This document shows, piece after piece, positions 1 through 9,522 of a stretch of 55,154 nt of DNA. Source of the DNA: an uncultured Candidatus Saccharibacteria bacterium. Its GTDB lineage: Bacteria > Patescibacteriota > Minisyncoccia > Phycocordibacterales > PALSA-1337. Positions within the stretch are counted from its first letter, which is position 1. Every line of letters starts with the position of its first letter. Location: positions 1-55,154 of the forward strand of contig CAYQFS010000002.1 of assembly GCA_964416985.1 (NCBI GenBank). The letters run 5' to 3'. A program made the position numbers and the translations under genes. The notes beneath the pieces were generated by a model, which worked only from the letters and a program-made list of their open reading frames with translations, ran no database searches and had not been told where the DNA came from.

Positions 1-318
1 ATGGAATTTGCAGTTATACAGACAGGCGGAAAGCAGTACAAGGTCTCTGCGGGAGAAACCGTAAAGATTGAGAAGCTAGCTGGAGACCACAAGGAAGGCG
101 ACAAAGTCGTCTTTGACAAGGTTGTGCTTGTTGATAATGGCAAAGACACTACTATCGGAACGCCTTTTATCGAGAAGGCAAAGGTTACTGGCGTCATCAC
201 CAAGATCGGCCGAGCAGCAAAGATTAACGTCATCAAGTACAAGCAGAAGAGCAAGTATTTCAAGAAAAACGGACATCGCCAGCCATTCTTTGAGGTCAAA
301 ATTGAGGGGGTGAAGTAA
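1..318 (+). CDS. rplU: 50S ribosomal protein L21
   Basis: MEFAVIQTGGKQYKV N-terminus and KNGHRQPF C-terminal motif of bL21. Confidence 0.97.
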   Translation: MEFAVIQTGGKQYKVSAGETVKIEKLAGDHKEGDKVVFDKVVLVDNGKDTTIGTPFIEKAKVTGVITKIGRAAKINVIKYKQKSKYFKKNGHRQPFFEVKIEGVK

Positions 319-327
319 AGAAATTAA

Positions 328-582
328 ATGATTCCGTCACCATCGTGGCTCATCTTTAATCTTATAGTTGAGCTTTTGATATTAATACTCGTTATTCTCG
401 TACCTCTCGGGATCATTTCAGGGATTGTTTTTATTTTTGTGCGAAAGGCTGAACTAGATCTCAAGAAGAAAAGTATTTATAAAAAGGTAATGATCTGGAG
501 TTTTGTAGGACCTATTGGTGGATTGATTTTTATTTTAATAGTTTGGGGATTTGTTTACGTTCTCGGTCAGACATTAGCTTAA
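328..582 (+). CDS. small hypothetical membrane protein (2 TM)
   Basis: 84 aa, two long hydrophobic stretches separated by a basic loop. Confidence 0.7.
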   Translation: MIPSPSWLIFNLIVELLILILVILVPLGIISGIVFIFVRKAELDLKKKSIYKKVMIWSFVGPIGGLIFILIVWGFVYVLGQTLA

Positions 583-633
583 TGCGCCTTACTGTAAGGT
601 GGTAAAAAATAACGAAAAGTTCGTTAAAAAGTA

Positions 634-1236
634 CTATCCTCGATTCTTCAGCGCACTTTTGATTGTCTCTCCATCCGCATACTCAAGCTCTGTTCCCGTT
701 GAAAGTCCTCGTCCAAGTACCGAGACCTTCAGATTCTTGTCTGAAAAATTCTCTGCGATGTGATCACGAATAAAATCCGCTGTATGTTCGCCGTCAGCTG
801 TTGCATTTAATGAAAGAATAATTTCTTTGAATTGTCCTTTCGAAATTCGGGAATCGAGTTCTTTGAGACGAACTCTTTTCTCAGGTTCTTTTTCAAGAAT
901 GGGAATGATTCCACCTAAAACAAAATAGAAGCCATTGTAGACTTTGCTTTTTTCAATTGCCTCAAAGTCGACGTCGCGAGAGACAATCATGAGCTGTGTC
1001 GCATCACGGTTTGGATCACTACAAACAGGGCAGGTTGTAGAGCGTCCATCAGGATAAAAGCGATAACAGAGAGAGCATATGCGAACACTTTTCTTTATCT
1101 CGGTAATAAGTCGCGAAATGTCCTCGAGTTCGGAGGAATTGCGGGTCAAAAGAAAATAGACAAAGCGTTTTGCCTGGCGGGGACCGATTCCGGGAAATTC
1201 CCTAAAATATTCTGCAAGTTTATGAAGAGGATCCAT
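634..1236 (-). CDS. recR: recombination mediator RecR
   Basis: HhH (FPGIGPRQAKR), Cys4 zinc finger, TOPRIM region (LSLNATADGEHT, GRGLSTGTELEYAD). Confidence 0.96.
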   Translation of the reverse strand: MDPLHKLAEYFREFPGIGPRQAKRFVYFLLTRNSSELEDISRLITEIKKSVRICSLCYRFYPDGRSTTCPVCSDPNRDATQLMIVSRDVDFEAIEKSKVYNGFYFVLGGIIPILEKEPEKRVRLKELDSRISKGQFKEIILSLNATADGEHTADFIRDHIAENFSDKNLKVSVLGRGLSTGTELEYADGETIKSALKNRG

Positions 1237-1254
1237 CGTATGGGTGGGTGTGAA

Positions 1255-2652
1255 TTAAAAATCAGCGCTTCCCGGAGCTGCAAAATCTCCAAAGTCGCTC
1301 TTTTCGACGCTCATGAATGTTGTCTTCTTTTCATCAAAGTAGAGTTCAACCATTCCCGTGGCACCGTTTCGATGCTTTTCAATGAGGATTTTTGCAATGT
1401 TTGGCCGAGCAGAATCCTTGTCATACTTGTCCTCACGATGAATGAACATTACAACATCGGCGTCTTGTTCAATAGATCCTGAATCTCGAAGGTCGGAGAG
1501 TCGTGGCTGGCCTCCTCGTTGCTCAACCGCTCGAGAAAGCTGTGAGAGAGCAATGACGGGAACTTCAAGCTCTCGAGCAAGCTGTTTCAATGAGCGGGAG
1601 ATTTCGGTGACCTGCTGGACCATGTTGTCGCTGTTTCGCGACTGTGTAGGAACCATGAGCTGTAAGTAATCAACGACAATGAGCCCGAGTCCCTTTTCAG
1701 ATTTGAGACGTCGGGCAACAGCGCGCATCTTCAAAATATTGTTTGCAGGCTGGTCATCGATGTAGATAGGTGCATTTGAAAGGCGATCCATTGCATCCCG
1801 GATTGCCTTGAAGTCATGTTCAATGGAAAGGTTGTGTCCTGTTCGGAGTTTCCAAGCATCAACTTGAGATTCTGCAGAAAGCATACGGTCAACGAGTTGC
1901 TGCGAACTCATTTCAAGAGAAAAGATACCGACAGGGACTTTGTGGTCGATTGCTGCCTTGCGAGCAATATCGAGAGCAAGAGAAGTTTTTCCCATGGAAG
2001 GTCTGGCTGCGAGGATAATAAGATCGGACTTCTGGAATCCAGCAAGCTTGTTGTCGAGTCCGACAAATCCTGTTGGAACACCACGAAGTTCATGCTTTGT
2101 ATTGTGGAGATGATCAATTCTCTCCCAAGCTTCAGAGAGCGTGTCTCCGATTGCCACAAATTTGTGAGTTCCGGTGAAGTTTGTCACCTCAAAAATCTTT
2201 TTCTCTGCCTTGTCGAGAAGTTCGTCGAGTTCTCCGGCTTCATCAAAGCCAAGTTCTCCCACAAATTCAGAAGCGGTAATGAGATCTCGCATAATATGCT
2301 TCTTTTGCACAATCTCGGCGTAGTATTTTGCATTTGTTGAAGAAGGAACTCCCTGAACAAGCTCGGTGAGGTAACTCATTCCTCCGCATTGTTCGAGAAG
2401 ATCTTTTTCTTTGAGACGTGATGAAAGGGAAAGGAGATCGATCGGCGTGCCTTTGGTATGAAGTTCCATCATTGTCGCCCAGATCATACGGTGCCGGTCG
2501 GAATAAAAAGATCGTTCAAAAATAATATCGGTTACATCATGCATCACTTCTGGACGAATCATGATTGAACCTAGAAGAGCCTTCTCCGCTTCGAGGCTTT
2601 GTGGGGGAATTCTCAGATCCTTTGTTTTGAAATAAGGCGATGTCGAATTCAT
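1255..2652 (-). CDS. dnaB: replicative DNA helicase DnaB
   Basis: PPQSLEAE N-terminus, Walker A ARPSMGKT, VDYLQLM, SDLRDSGSIEQDAD; no intein. Confidence 0.98.
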   Translation of the reverse strand: MNSTSPYFKTKDLRIPPQSLEAEKALLGSIMIRPEVMHDVTDIIFERSFYSDRHRMIWATMMELHTKGTPIDLLSLSSRLKEKDLLEQCGGMSYLTELVQGVPSSTNAKYYAEIVQKKHIMRDLITASEFVGELGFDEAGELDELLDKAEKKIFEVTNFTGTHKFVAIGDTLSEAWERIDHLHNTKHELRGVPTGFVGLDNKLAGFQKSDLIILAARPSMGKTSLALDIARKAAIDHKVPVGIFSLEMSSQQLVDRMLSAESQVDAWKLRTGHNLSIEHDFKAIRDAMDRLSNAPIYIDDQPANNILKMRAVARRLKSEKGLGLIVVDYLQLMVPTQSRNSDNMVQQVTEISRSLKQLARELEVPVIALSQLSRAVEQRGGQPRLSDLRDSGSIEQDADVVMFIHREDKYDKDSARPNIAKILIEKHRNGATGMVELYFDEKKTTFMSVEKSDFGDFAAPGSADF

Positions 2653-2795
2653 GTGTTTCCAATTATATCACCCTCAAAATAAAAGGGGAGAAGTTCGGCA
2701 AGCACAAAAGTTCATAAGGTGTGGGAAGGGTGGGGAAAAGATCGGCTTAATAAAGGTTTATCCACTTTCATTTATAAAAATGCTATACTTTCCCC

Positions 2796-3245
2796 ATGAA
2801 AATACTTGTCGCTTCGGATCATGCTGGTTTTGAACTCAAAAACAAAGTAAAGGACTTTTTGAAGACCGAGGGCTTTGATGTTGAAGACATGGGAGCCGCA
2901 ACGTTTGTTGAGGATGATGATTACCCAAAATACATGGTTCCAACGGCCATGAGAATCATAAACGACCCGGAAAATACAAAGGCGATTATTTTTGGAAAAT
3001 CAGGTCAAGGAGAGGCAATGGTTTCAAACCGTTTTCCAGGAGTTCGCGCAGCGGTTTATTATTCACACAACCTCGAGATCATTCGACTCTCACGACAGCA
3101 TAATGATGCAAATATACTTTCGATTGGTGCTGGATTTATTACAGAAGAGCAGGCGATAGAAGCAGTGAAAACGTGGATTGCGACACCGTTCAGCGCAGAA
3201 GAGAGACATACGAGACGAATTGAGCAAATGGATAATATTCAATAA
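2796..3245 (+). CDS. rpiB: ribose-5-phosphate isomerase B (Cys-less, GxSGxGE type)
   Basis: ASDHAGFELK, GKSGQGE, SRQHNDANILSIGA motifs. Confidence 0.93.
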   Translation: MKILVASDHAGFELKNKVKDFLKTEGFDVEDMGAATFVEDDDYPKYMVPTAMRIINDPENTKAIIFGKSGQGEAMVSNRFPGVRAAVYYSHNLEIIRLSRQHNDANILSIGAGFITEEQAIEAVKTWIATPFSAEERHTRRIEQMDNIQ

Positions 3246-3256
3246 TTTTTACAACC

Positions 3257-3922
3257 ATGGAAATAATTCCCGCGATTCTGCCAAAAGATTTTAAAGAAAT
3301 AGAAGAAAAGATTGAGCTCATTACTGGCATGGTGACACGTGTGCAGGTGGATATTTGTGATGGAAAATTTGTGCCGTCAACGACATGGCCGTACAAAAAA
3401 CCGGATTCAAATTATGAGGCAATCCTTCGAGAAGAAAGAGGAATGCCGGAATGGGAGACGATTGATTACGAATTTGACCTCATGATCAAGGATCCAACGG
3501 AGGATGATATGAGAAACTGGCTTTCAGTTGGAGCTGCACGAATTGTTCTTCACGCAGATTCATCTCCTGATCTAACACCTTGTATAAATGTTTTGAATGG
3601 ACTTGCGGAAATCGGCCTTGCATTAAATATAAAAACTCCGATAGATGTAATTGAAAAATATAAAGACAAGATCTCGTATATACAACTCATGGGAATTACC
3701 AAAGTCGGTTTTCAAGGACAGGCTTTTGATCCGAGAGTTCTTTCTAAAATTAAGGAAATAAAAGAAAAGTATCCTGAGATGGTTGTGCAAATAGATGGGG
3801 GAGTGAGTCTTGCGACGGCAGAAGAACTTCGAGATGCAGGAGCGGATCGGCTCATTGTGGGTTCGGCCCTTTTTGGATCTGACAACGTTGTGGATACTCT
3901 CTATCAACTTCAGAGAATCTAA
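3257..3922 (+). CDS. rpe: ribulose-phosphate 3-epimerase
   Basis: IIPAIL, DICDGKFVP, QIDGGV, IVGSALF; context between rpiB and tkt. Confidence 0.88.
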   Translation: MEIIPAILPKDFKEIEEKIELITGMVTRVQVDICDGKFVPSTTWPYKKPDSNYEAILREERGMPEWETIDYEFDLMIKDPTEDDMRNWLSVGAARIVLHADSSPDLTPCINVLNGLAEIGLALNIKTPIDVIEKYKDKISYIQLMGITKVGFQGQAFDPRVLSKIKEIKEKYPEMVVQIDGGVSLATAEELRDAGADRLIVGSALFGSDNVVDTLYQLQRI

Positions 3923-3937
3923 TGGTACAATTATGAG

Positions 3938-4828
3938 ATGAGACCCACGTCGCCTCTCACTGAAGAAAAAGCTCGTGCTCTTTTTGAAAAAGCATATACA
4001 ATTCGACAATCAATTGTCGAGATGCTCATTGAGGCAAAATCAGGTCACACCGCGGGCCCTCTCGACATGGCTGATGTTTTTACCTACCTCTATTTTCACG
4101 CCCTGAAGTACGATGCAAAAAATCCTAAATGGGAATATCGAGATAGGGTTGTTCTTTCGAATGGACATATTTGCCCAGTTTTGTATGCCACAATGGCTCA
4201 CGCTGGATATTTTCCTTTGTCTGAATTAAAAACGCTTCGAAAATTTGGTTCAAAACTTCAGGGTCATCCTCACCGGGAATTTTTGCCAGCTCTTGAAACT
4301 TCCTCAGGTCCTCTTGGTTCCGGTTTGTCACAGGCTGTTGGAATGGCTCTCGCCGAAAGAATGGATTTTGGAAAAACTTCAGGAAAGCAGTTTGTTTGTC
4401 TTACGGGTGATGGAGAACTCGATGAAGGACAAAATTGGGAGGCTATTATGCTTGCAGGAAAAGAGAAAATTCAAAACCTCACTGTTTTTGTCGATCGAAA
4501 TAATATCCAGATTGATGGATTTACCGAAGACGTCATGCCTTTGAATCCTCTTGCAGATAAATGGCGCTCATTCGGCTGGCATGTTCAGGAGGTTGATGGG
4601 CACAATTTTCGCGCTCTCGATGGTGCTTGGACTCAGGCCCTCTCTGTTTTTGACCGACCTTCGGTTATCATTTGCTACACCATTGCCTCAAAGGGTGTTC
4701 CAGAATTCGAACGTAAATATGAATGGCACGGCAAACCTCCGACGACGCCGGAGGAAATAGCCACTGCCCGTTCGGCACTCCATATTGTTAGGACAATGGG
4801 AGGAAAGGTGAAAGGAGAGCATGAATAG
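3938..4828 (+). CDS. transketolase, N-terminal (TPP-binding) subunit
   Basis: SGHTAG, LSNGH, GDGELDEGQNWEA TPP motif. Confidence 0.95.
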   Translation: MRPTSPLTEEKARALFEKAYTIRQSIVEMLIEAKSGHTAGPLDMADVFTYLYFHALKYDAKNPKWEYRDRVVLSNGHICPVLYATMAHAGYFPLSELKTLRKFGSKLQGHPHREFLPALETSSGPLGSGLSQAVGMALAERMDFGKTSGKQFVCLTGDGELDEGQNWEAIMLAGKEKIQNLTVFVDRNNIQIDGFTEDVMPLNPLADKWRSFGWHVQEVDGHNFRALDGAWTQALSVFDRPSVIICYTIASKGVPEFERKYEWHGKPPTTPEEIATARSALHIVRTMGGKVKGEHE

Positions 4829-4867
4829 GTGAATATTTAAAAAGTATTAAATAATAATTAAAATAAT

Positions 4868-5134
4868 ATGAAAAAATTTGAAATAACATTGAAGGTAGGT
4901 TTTATTTTACTTGCGCTTGCACTTATCATCACAGGTCAAGTCAATTCAATGGGGCTCATGATTTTCCTTCTTGTGAGCTTTGCTCTTGGAGGAGTTCTCA
5001 TCTTTAATAAGGATTCGAGCTATAGTCACAAGCACACAAAGAAAGAATTTAAGATTCGAAAACTTGAGGGAGTCATTCTTGTTCTCTTTTCAGTCTTTGC
5101 GTGGTGCTGGCTTACTGGAATCATTGTGATGTAA
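4868..5134 (+). CDS. small hypothetical membrane protein (3 TM)
   Basis: 88 aa with three hydrophobic segments, between the two transketolase halves. Confidence 0.7.
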   Translation: MKKFEITLKVGFILLALALIITGQVNSMGLMIFLLVSFALGGVLIFNKDSSYSHKHTKKEFKIRKLEGVILVLFSVFAWCWLTGIIVM

Positions 5135-5159
5135 ATCTGTCCGGTAATTTTTGTCTGTA

Positions 5160-6161
5160 ATGATTAACCCTGATCAAAAATTAAATCCAAAACTTCTCGA
5201 TCTAAATGTCGAGCAGGTTCCTATCCGAAAAGGCTTCGGAGAGGGACTTTTGATTGCGGGTGATCATGACAAAAACGTGGTGGGACTTTGCGCGGATCTC
5301 ACTGATTCGACTCAGATGCATCTATTTAAAAATAAATATCCTGATCGATTTATCCAGATGGGAGTTGCGGAACAAAATCTCGCCTCAGTCGCTTCTGGAC
5401 TTGCAGCAATGGGAAAGATTCCATTCATAACTTCGTATGCAATGTTTTCTCCAGGAAGAAATTGGGAGCAGATTCGTACAACTATTTGTTACAATGATCG
5501 CCCAGTCAAAATTGCCGGATCTCATGCTGGAATTTCTGTCGGTCCTGACGGAGGAACCCATCAAGCTATCGAAGACCTTGCCATTACTCGAGTCATTCCA
5601 AACATGGTTGTTATCTCTCCTTGTGACGTCATTGAGGCCAAAAAGGCGACTATTGTTTCTGCTCAAACAAAATATCCAACATACATTCGTCTTGCTCGTG
5701 AAAAAACGCCGGTCATTACAACTGATGCAAGTCCTTTTGTAATTGGAAAATCCCAACTTCTTTTTGCTCCGGCACACAACCAGCGAGCCGAAGTGGGAAT
5801 TATTGCAACTGGCGCTCTTGTCTACAAGGCTCTTAAGGTTGCAGTGGATCTCGAAAGGGAAGGAAAGAGAGTCAAGGTTTTGAATCTCTCGACCATTAAA
5901 CCTCTCGATGAGGATGCTGTCTGGCGTCTTGGTCACGAGACAGGAGCCCTCGTAACTGTTGAGGAACATCAGATTATTGGTGGAATGGGATCTGCGGTTG
6001 CCGAATGCGTTGCTCGTCACTATCCTGTTCCGATTGAATTTATCGGAGTCAAAGATAAATTTGGCCAGTCAGGAACACCCGATGAACTCCTCGAGCACTA
6101 TGGAATGGGGGAGAGACATATAAGGGAAGCTGTGAAGAAGGTGCTATTGCGAAAAAAATAG
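5160..6161 (+). CDS. transketolase, C-terminal (pyrimidine-binding) subunit
   Basis: GVAEQN, GPDGGTHQ, VTVEEH motifs; ATG 5160 preferred over TTG 5151. Confidence 0.95.
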   Translation: MINPDQKLNPKLLDLNVEQVPIRKGFGEGLLIAGDHDKNVVGLCADLTDSTQMHLFKNKYPDRFIQMGVAEQNLASVASGLAAMGKIPFITSYAMFSPGRNWEQIRTTICYNDRPVKIAGSHAGISVGPDGGTHQAIEDLAITRVIPNMVVISPCDVIEAKKATIVSAQTKYPTYIRLAREKTPVITTDASPFVIGKSQLLFAPAHNQRAEVGIIATGALVYKALKVAVDLEREGKRVKVLNLSTIKPLDEDAVWRLGHETGALVTVEEHQIIGGMGSAVAECVARHYPVPIEFIGVKDKFGQSGTPDELLEHYGMGERHIREAVKKVLLRKK

Positions 6162-6174
6162 ATTTTGCTATAAT
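6147..6174 (+). promoter_or_regulatory. sigma70 promoter TTGCGA-N16-TATAAT with extended -10
   Basis: TTGCGA 6147-6152, TGC-TATAAT 6166-6174, 7 nt before ATG 6182. Confidence 0.6.
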
Positions 6175-6181
6175 TTTCTCC

Positions 6182-6268
6182 ATGAACATCGTTTCATCAT
6201 ATTCATTCATTAAGACCCTATCAACTAAGACTCTTTCCAGAGTTGGTCTTTGTGATGTATCTCGATAA
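6182..6268 (+). CDS. putative leader peptide (28 aa, MNIVSSYSFIKTLSTKTLSRVGLCDVSR)
   Basis: leaderless uORF overlapping alternative RNA stems upstream of a terminator. Confidence 0.45.
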   Translation: MNIVSSYSFIKTLSTKTLSRVGLCDVSR

Positions 6269-6315
6269 ACGATAAATCCTAAAGACGAGCTCTGGAATAA
6301 CCCAGGGCTCGTTTT
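6227..6315 (+). promoter_or_regulatory. putative transcription attenuator (terminator/antiterminator)
   Basis: terminator stem 6285-6295/6302-6312; competing 16/17-bp helix 6235-6251/6281-6297; local 1:2 stem 6230-6243. Confidence 0.6.
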
Positions 6316-6359
6316 GCAATGATTTGCAAAATTAGTACACCGACAACTAAACCAAAATT

Positions 6360-6641
6360 ATGAGTGGAAAAAATCTACCAGGAGTAACGGTCGAATCCTT
6401 TCCCTTTGATTCTAATAAAAAAATCCTAGAATTTCCGGCTGATGCTCCAGTTTTCAAGACGAAAAGAAAGCCTGCCCGAAGAGATCGAGATCCTGCACCA
6501 AGAATTTCAGGGAGGAATCATTGGCTGATTGTTAATGGTCAATTCCAACTTGTCACATTCACTGGGTCAGTTTGGCGTCCTGTTATGAAGCGCCAGTATC
6601 TGCACCAGCGTTTCCCAGGACTGAATGGTGGCGGCGATTGA
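6360..6641 (+). CDS. hypothetical basic protein
   Basis: 93 aa ORF after the attenuator, A-rich initiation context (AAACCAAAATTATG), followed by a terminator. Confidence 0.6.
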   Translation: MSGKNLPGVTVESFPFDSNKKILEFPADAPVFKTKRKPARRDRDPAPRISGRNHWLIVNGQFQLVTFTGSVWRPVMKRQYLHQRFPGLNGGGD

Positions 6642-6662
6642 CGTTGGTCAGTCTCATTGCAC

Positions 6663-6698
6663 AAAAGCCCGTTTGGATAACCTCCAAGCGGCTTTTTT
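6663..6698 (+). terminator. intrinsic terminator
   Basis: imperfect hairpin aaaagc...tttgga-taacc-tccaag...gctttt with T-tract. Confidence 0.6.
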
Positions 6699-6707
6699 AT
6701 TGCAATT

Positions 6708-6741
6708 AAAAAAACAGCGCATCCACTAAGGATGCGCTGTT
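6708..6741 (-). terminator. intrinsic terminator of ORF 6756-7241
   Basis: perfect 12-bp stem AACAGCGCATCC/GGATGCGCTGTT with plus-strand A-tract. Confidence 0.75.
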
Positions 6742-6755
6742 GTGAAAAAGAGACA

Positions 6756-7241
6756 TTAGGAAGTCCGTTGCCCCAGGACATCCACAATTGTGCTAACGAT
6801 CTGAATTCCCCCATCGGGCGAGTCCAGTCGGGCATGTTTTCTACCGAAGTACACAGTCTGGTCTTCTAGTTTCAGCTGTCGACTGAGTAGTATGTTTCTT
6901 GTGCTCGCATGAGTCACTAGTTCAGTAGCCATTCCGACAAGGCTTGGTACGTGCTCAAGTCGGGTCAGATAAAATGTGCAATGAGCAGCATTTTTTTTGG
7001 GGATGATAATATCCCATACCACCTGGTGATTAGAATTTGGAAGCCATCCTTTGTCGTCCAGGGTTACTTCTACAAAGCACATTAATTTTGATAACGAGCC
7101 CAATGTGGCGAGCATATCTGGTTCGCGAATGTCATTTGCAAGTTTTACCGAGAAACAAGTTGATTTCATAGTATCGGGACAAAGATCCGTACTTCGTGTT
7201 GTTGCCATAGCCATATGGCGCACGAAGAGTTGTTTGATCAA
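6756..7241 (-). CDS. hypothetical protein (start uncertain)
   Basis: 161 aa ORF with own terminator and an upstream TTGACT -35-like element; no recognised family. Confidence 0.6.
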   Translation of the reverse strand: MIKQLFVRHMAMATTRSTDLCPDTMKSTCFSVKLANDIREPDMLATLGSLSKLMCFVEVTLDDKGWLPNSNHQVVWDIIIPKKNAAHCTFYLTRLEHVPSLVGMATELVTHASTRNILLSRQLKLEDQTVYFGRKHARLDSPDGGIQIVSTIVDVLGQRTS

Positions 7242-7311
7242 ATATAACCAAATCTTCTGTAATTAGTCAAGTATTTTAATTTCACTAAATATGAGATTCT
7301 TATAGATAATC

Positions 7312-9405
7312 ATGCCCCTCTTTAAAATCGCAAACGACATGAAGCCGGCTGGTGACCAACCAAAGGCCATCGAAGCCCTTGGAAAAGGCCTCGACAAAGG
7401 TTTGACACATCAGACCCTTTTTGGCGTGACAGGATCAGGCAAAACATTCACCATGGCCAATGTCATTGCAAACCATAACAAACCAACACTCGTCATTGCC
7501 CACAACAAAACGCTCGCGGCCCAGCTCGCTCAGGAGTATCGAGAATTTTTTCCAGACAATGCTGTTCATTATTTCGTTTCATACTATGACTACTACCAGC
7601 CTGAGGCCTACATGCCGGTGACTGATACATATATAGAGAAGGAGGCAATGATAAACGAGGAAATAGAGCGCCTTCGTCATGCTTCAACACAGGCTTTACT
7701 CACGAGAAAAGATGTGATCATTGTAGCGTCAGTTTCGTGCATTTATGGTTTGGGAAGTCCTGAAGAATATGAAAAGGAAAATATGAAGATTGCCGTAGGA
7801 ATGGAATTTTCTCGCTCAGATCTCATCCGGCGCCTCATTGATATTCATTTTGAAAGGACAAATGCAGATATAACCTCGGGAACATTTCGAGCAATTGGAA
7901 ACGTCATCGAAGTGATGCCTGTCAACGAAAAAGTTCTTTACCGAATTGAATATGAGGGAAATACGGTTTCAAAAATTCTTGAACTCGATTCTGTAACCCG
8001 AACGATTCGAAAAGAACCCATAACAGTTTTTATTTTCCCAGCAAAGCATTTTATCAGTACCGATGAGCAGTCAAAGAGAGCATTTAAAACAATTCAAGTC
8101 GAACTCGAAGATCGTCTTGCTGAGCTTGGAAAAGCAGGAAAACTTCTTGAGGCAGAACGACTGAAGAGACGTGTAAAGTACGATCTCGCTCTCATTAAGG
8201 AAGTTGGATATTGCAATGGAATCGAGAATTACTCACGACATTTTTCAGGAAAAGCTCCTGGAGAAGCGCCTGATACGCTTCTTTCATATTTTCCGCACAA
8301 GGCAGATGGTACGCCTGATTTTTTGACAGTGATCGATGAATCGCACGTCACTGTTCCGCAGATCGGTGGAATGTACGCAGGGGACGCTTCTCGAAAAAAT
8401 ACTCTCATTGAGTTTGGTTTTCGTCTTCCTTCAGCACGAGACAATAGGCCGCTTAAATTTGAGGAATTTGAAAAACGAGTTGGTCAGGTTATTTACACTT
8501 CTGCAACTCCAGGGAAATTTGAAAAAGAGAAAAGCGAACAAATTGTTGAACAGATCATTCGTCCGACAGGCCTCATTGATCCCGTTGTTGAAGTGCGACC
8601 AATTATTGAGAATGGCTCGTTCAAAGGTCAGATTTTTGATTTTATCGATGAAGCTGAAAAGGTAATTAAAAAGGGCTTCCGAGTTATTGCCACGACATTG
8701 ACCAAAAAGATGGCAGAGGACCTCAGTGAATTTCTAAAGGAAAAGGGAATCAAAGCCGAGTATCTTCATAGCGATGTGAAAACCATCGATCGAATCACTA
8801 TTCTTACTGATCTGCGAAAAGGAAAGTTTGATGTGATTGTAGGTGTTAATCTCTTGCGAGAAGGTCTTGATCTTCCCGAAGTTGCTTTGATTGGAATCCT
8901 TGATGCCGACAAGGAAGGATTTCTTCGCTCTGAAACGTCCCTCATTCAGATTATCGGTCGAGCTGCAAGAAATATTGAGGGTCGCGTTATTCTCTATGCA
9001 GATCATCGTACCGGTTCCATTGAATACGCAATCAGAGAAACTGAACGCCGAAGAAAAATTCAGACTGATTTCAATACCGCACATGGCATTACTCCAAAAA
9101 CCATTATCAAAAAAATACAGGATATTACCGACCAGCTTCAAACTGAGCACGACAAGGCCGTGAGTGAACTTGTGAAAATTGACGAGGAACTTCTCCGCAC
9201 AAACCCGAAACTTCTCATGAAGCAAAAAAGCAAGGAAATGGAAGAGGCTGTGAAGATTCTTGATTTTGAGACAGCGGCACTTATCCGTGATGAACTACTC
9301 GAACTTGAAGCAAAACTTGAGAAAGAGGAGAAGAGAAAGAAGAAGGAATTAAAGAAAGAAAAGGGGACAGATATACGCAAGAAGAAAGAAGAGTTGAGGG
9401 GGTAA
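7312..9405 (+). CDS. uvrB: excinuclease ABC subunit B
   Basis: GVTGSGKT, AHNKTLAAQL, YYDYYQPEAY beta-hairpin, DESH, QIIGRAARN. Confidence 0.98.
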   Translation: MPLFKIANDMKPAGDQPKAIEALGKGLDKGLTHQTLFGVTGSGKTFTMANVIANHNKPTLVIAHNKTLAAQLAQEYREFFPDNAVHYFVSYYDYYQPEAYMPVTDTYIEKEAMINEEIERLRHASTQALLTRKDVIIVASVSCIYGLGSPEEYEKENMKIAVGMEFSRSDLIRRLIDIHFERTNADITSGTFRAIGNVIEVMPVNEKVLYRIEYEGNTVSKILELDSVTRTIRKEPITVFIFPAKHFISTDEQSKRAFKTIQVELEDRLAELGKAGKLLEAERLKRRVKYDLALIKEVGYCNGIENYSRHFSGKAPGEAPDTLLSYFPHKADGTPDFLTVIDESHVTVPQIGGMYAGDASRKNTLIEFGFRLPSARDNRPLKFEEFEKRVGQVIYTSATPGKFEKEKSEQIVEQIIRPTGLIDPVVEVRPIIENGSFKGQIFDFIDEAEKVIKKGFRVIATTLTKKMAEDLSEFLKEKGIKAEYLHSDVKTIDRITILTDLRKGKFDVIVGVNLLREGLDLPEVALIGILDADKEGFLRSETSLIQIIGRAARNIEGRVILYADHRTGSIEYAIRETERRRKIQTDFNTAHGITPKTIIKKIQDITDQLQTEHDKAVSELVKIDEELLRTNPKLLMKQKSKEMEEAVKILDFETAALIRDELLELEAKLEKEEKRKKKELKKEKGTDIRKKKEELRG

Positions 9406-9522
9406 TGGCTTGTGGTATAATTATGCCATCAGAACGCAAGTCTTAACGTTGTCCTTGCGTCAGGCTATTTTCAAAAAGTGATTTCACATCACTGTTTGTT
9501 TTATTAATTAATAATCAAAATT

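Noticed and set aside
2653-2795. oriC
   Set aside because: The gap is short, has only one good DnaA box, no clear unwinding element, and no dnaA in the window.
6182-6315. Known riboswitch or T-box
   Set aside because: No recognisable aptamer or T-box consensus; kept only as a generic attenuator.
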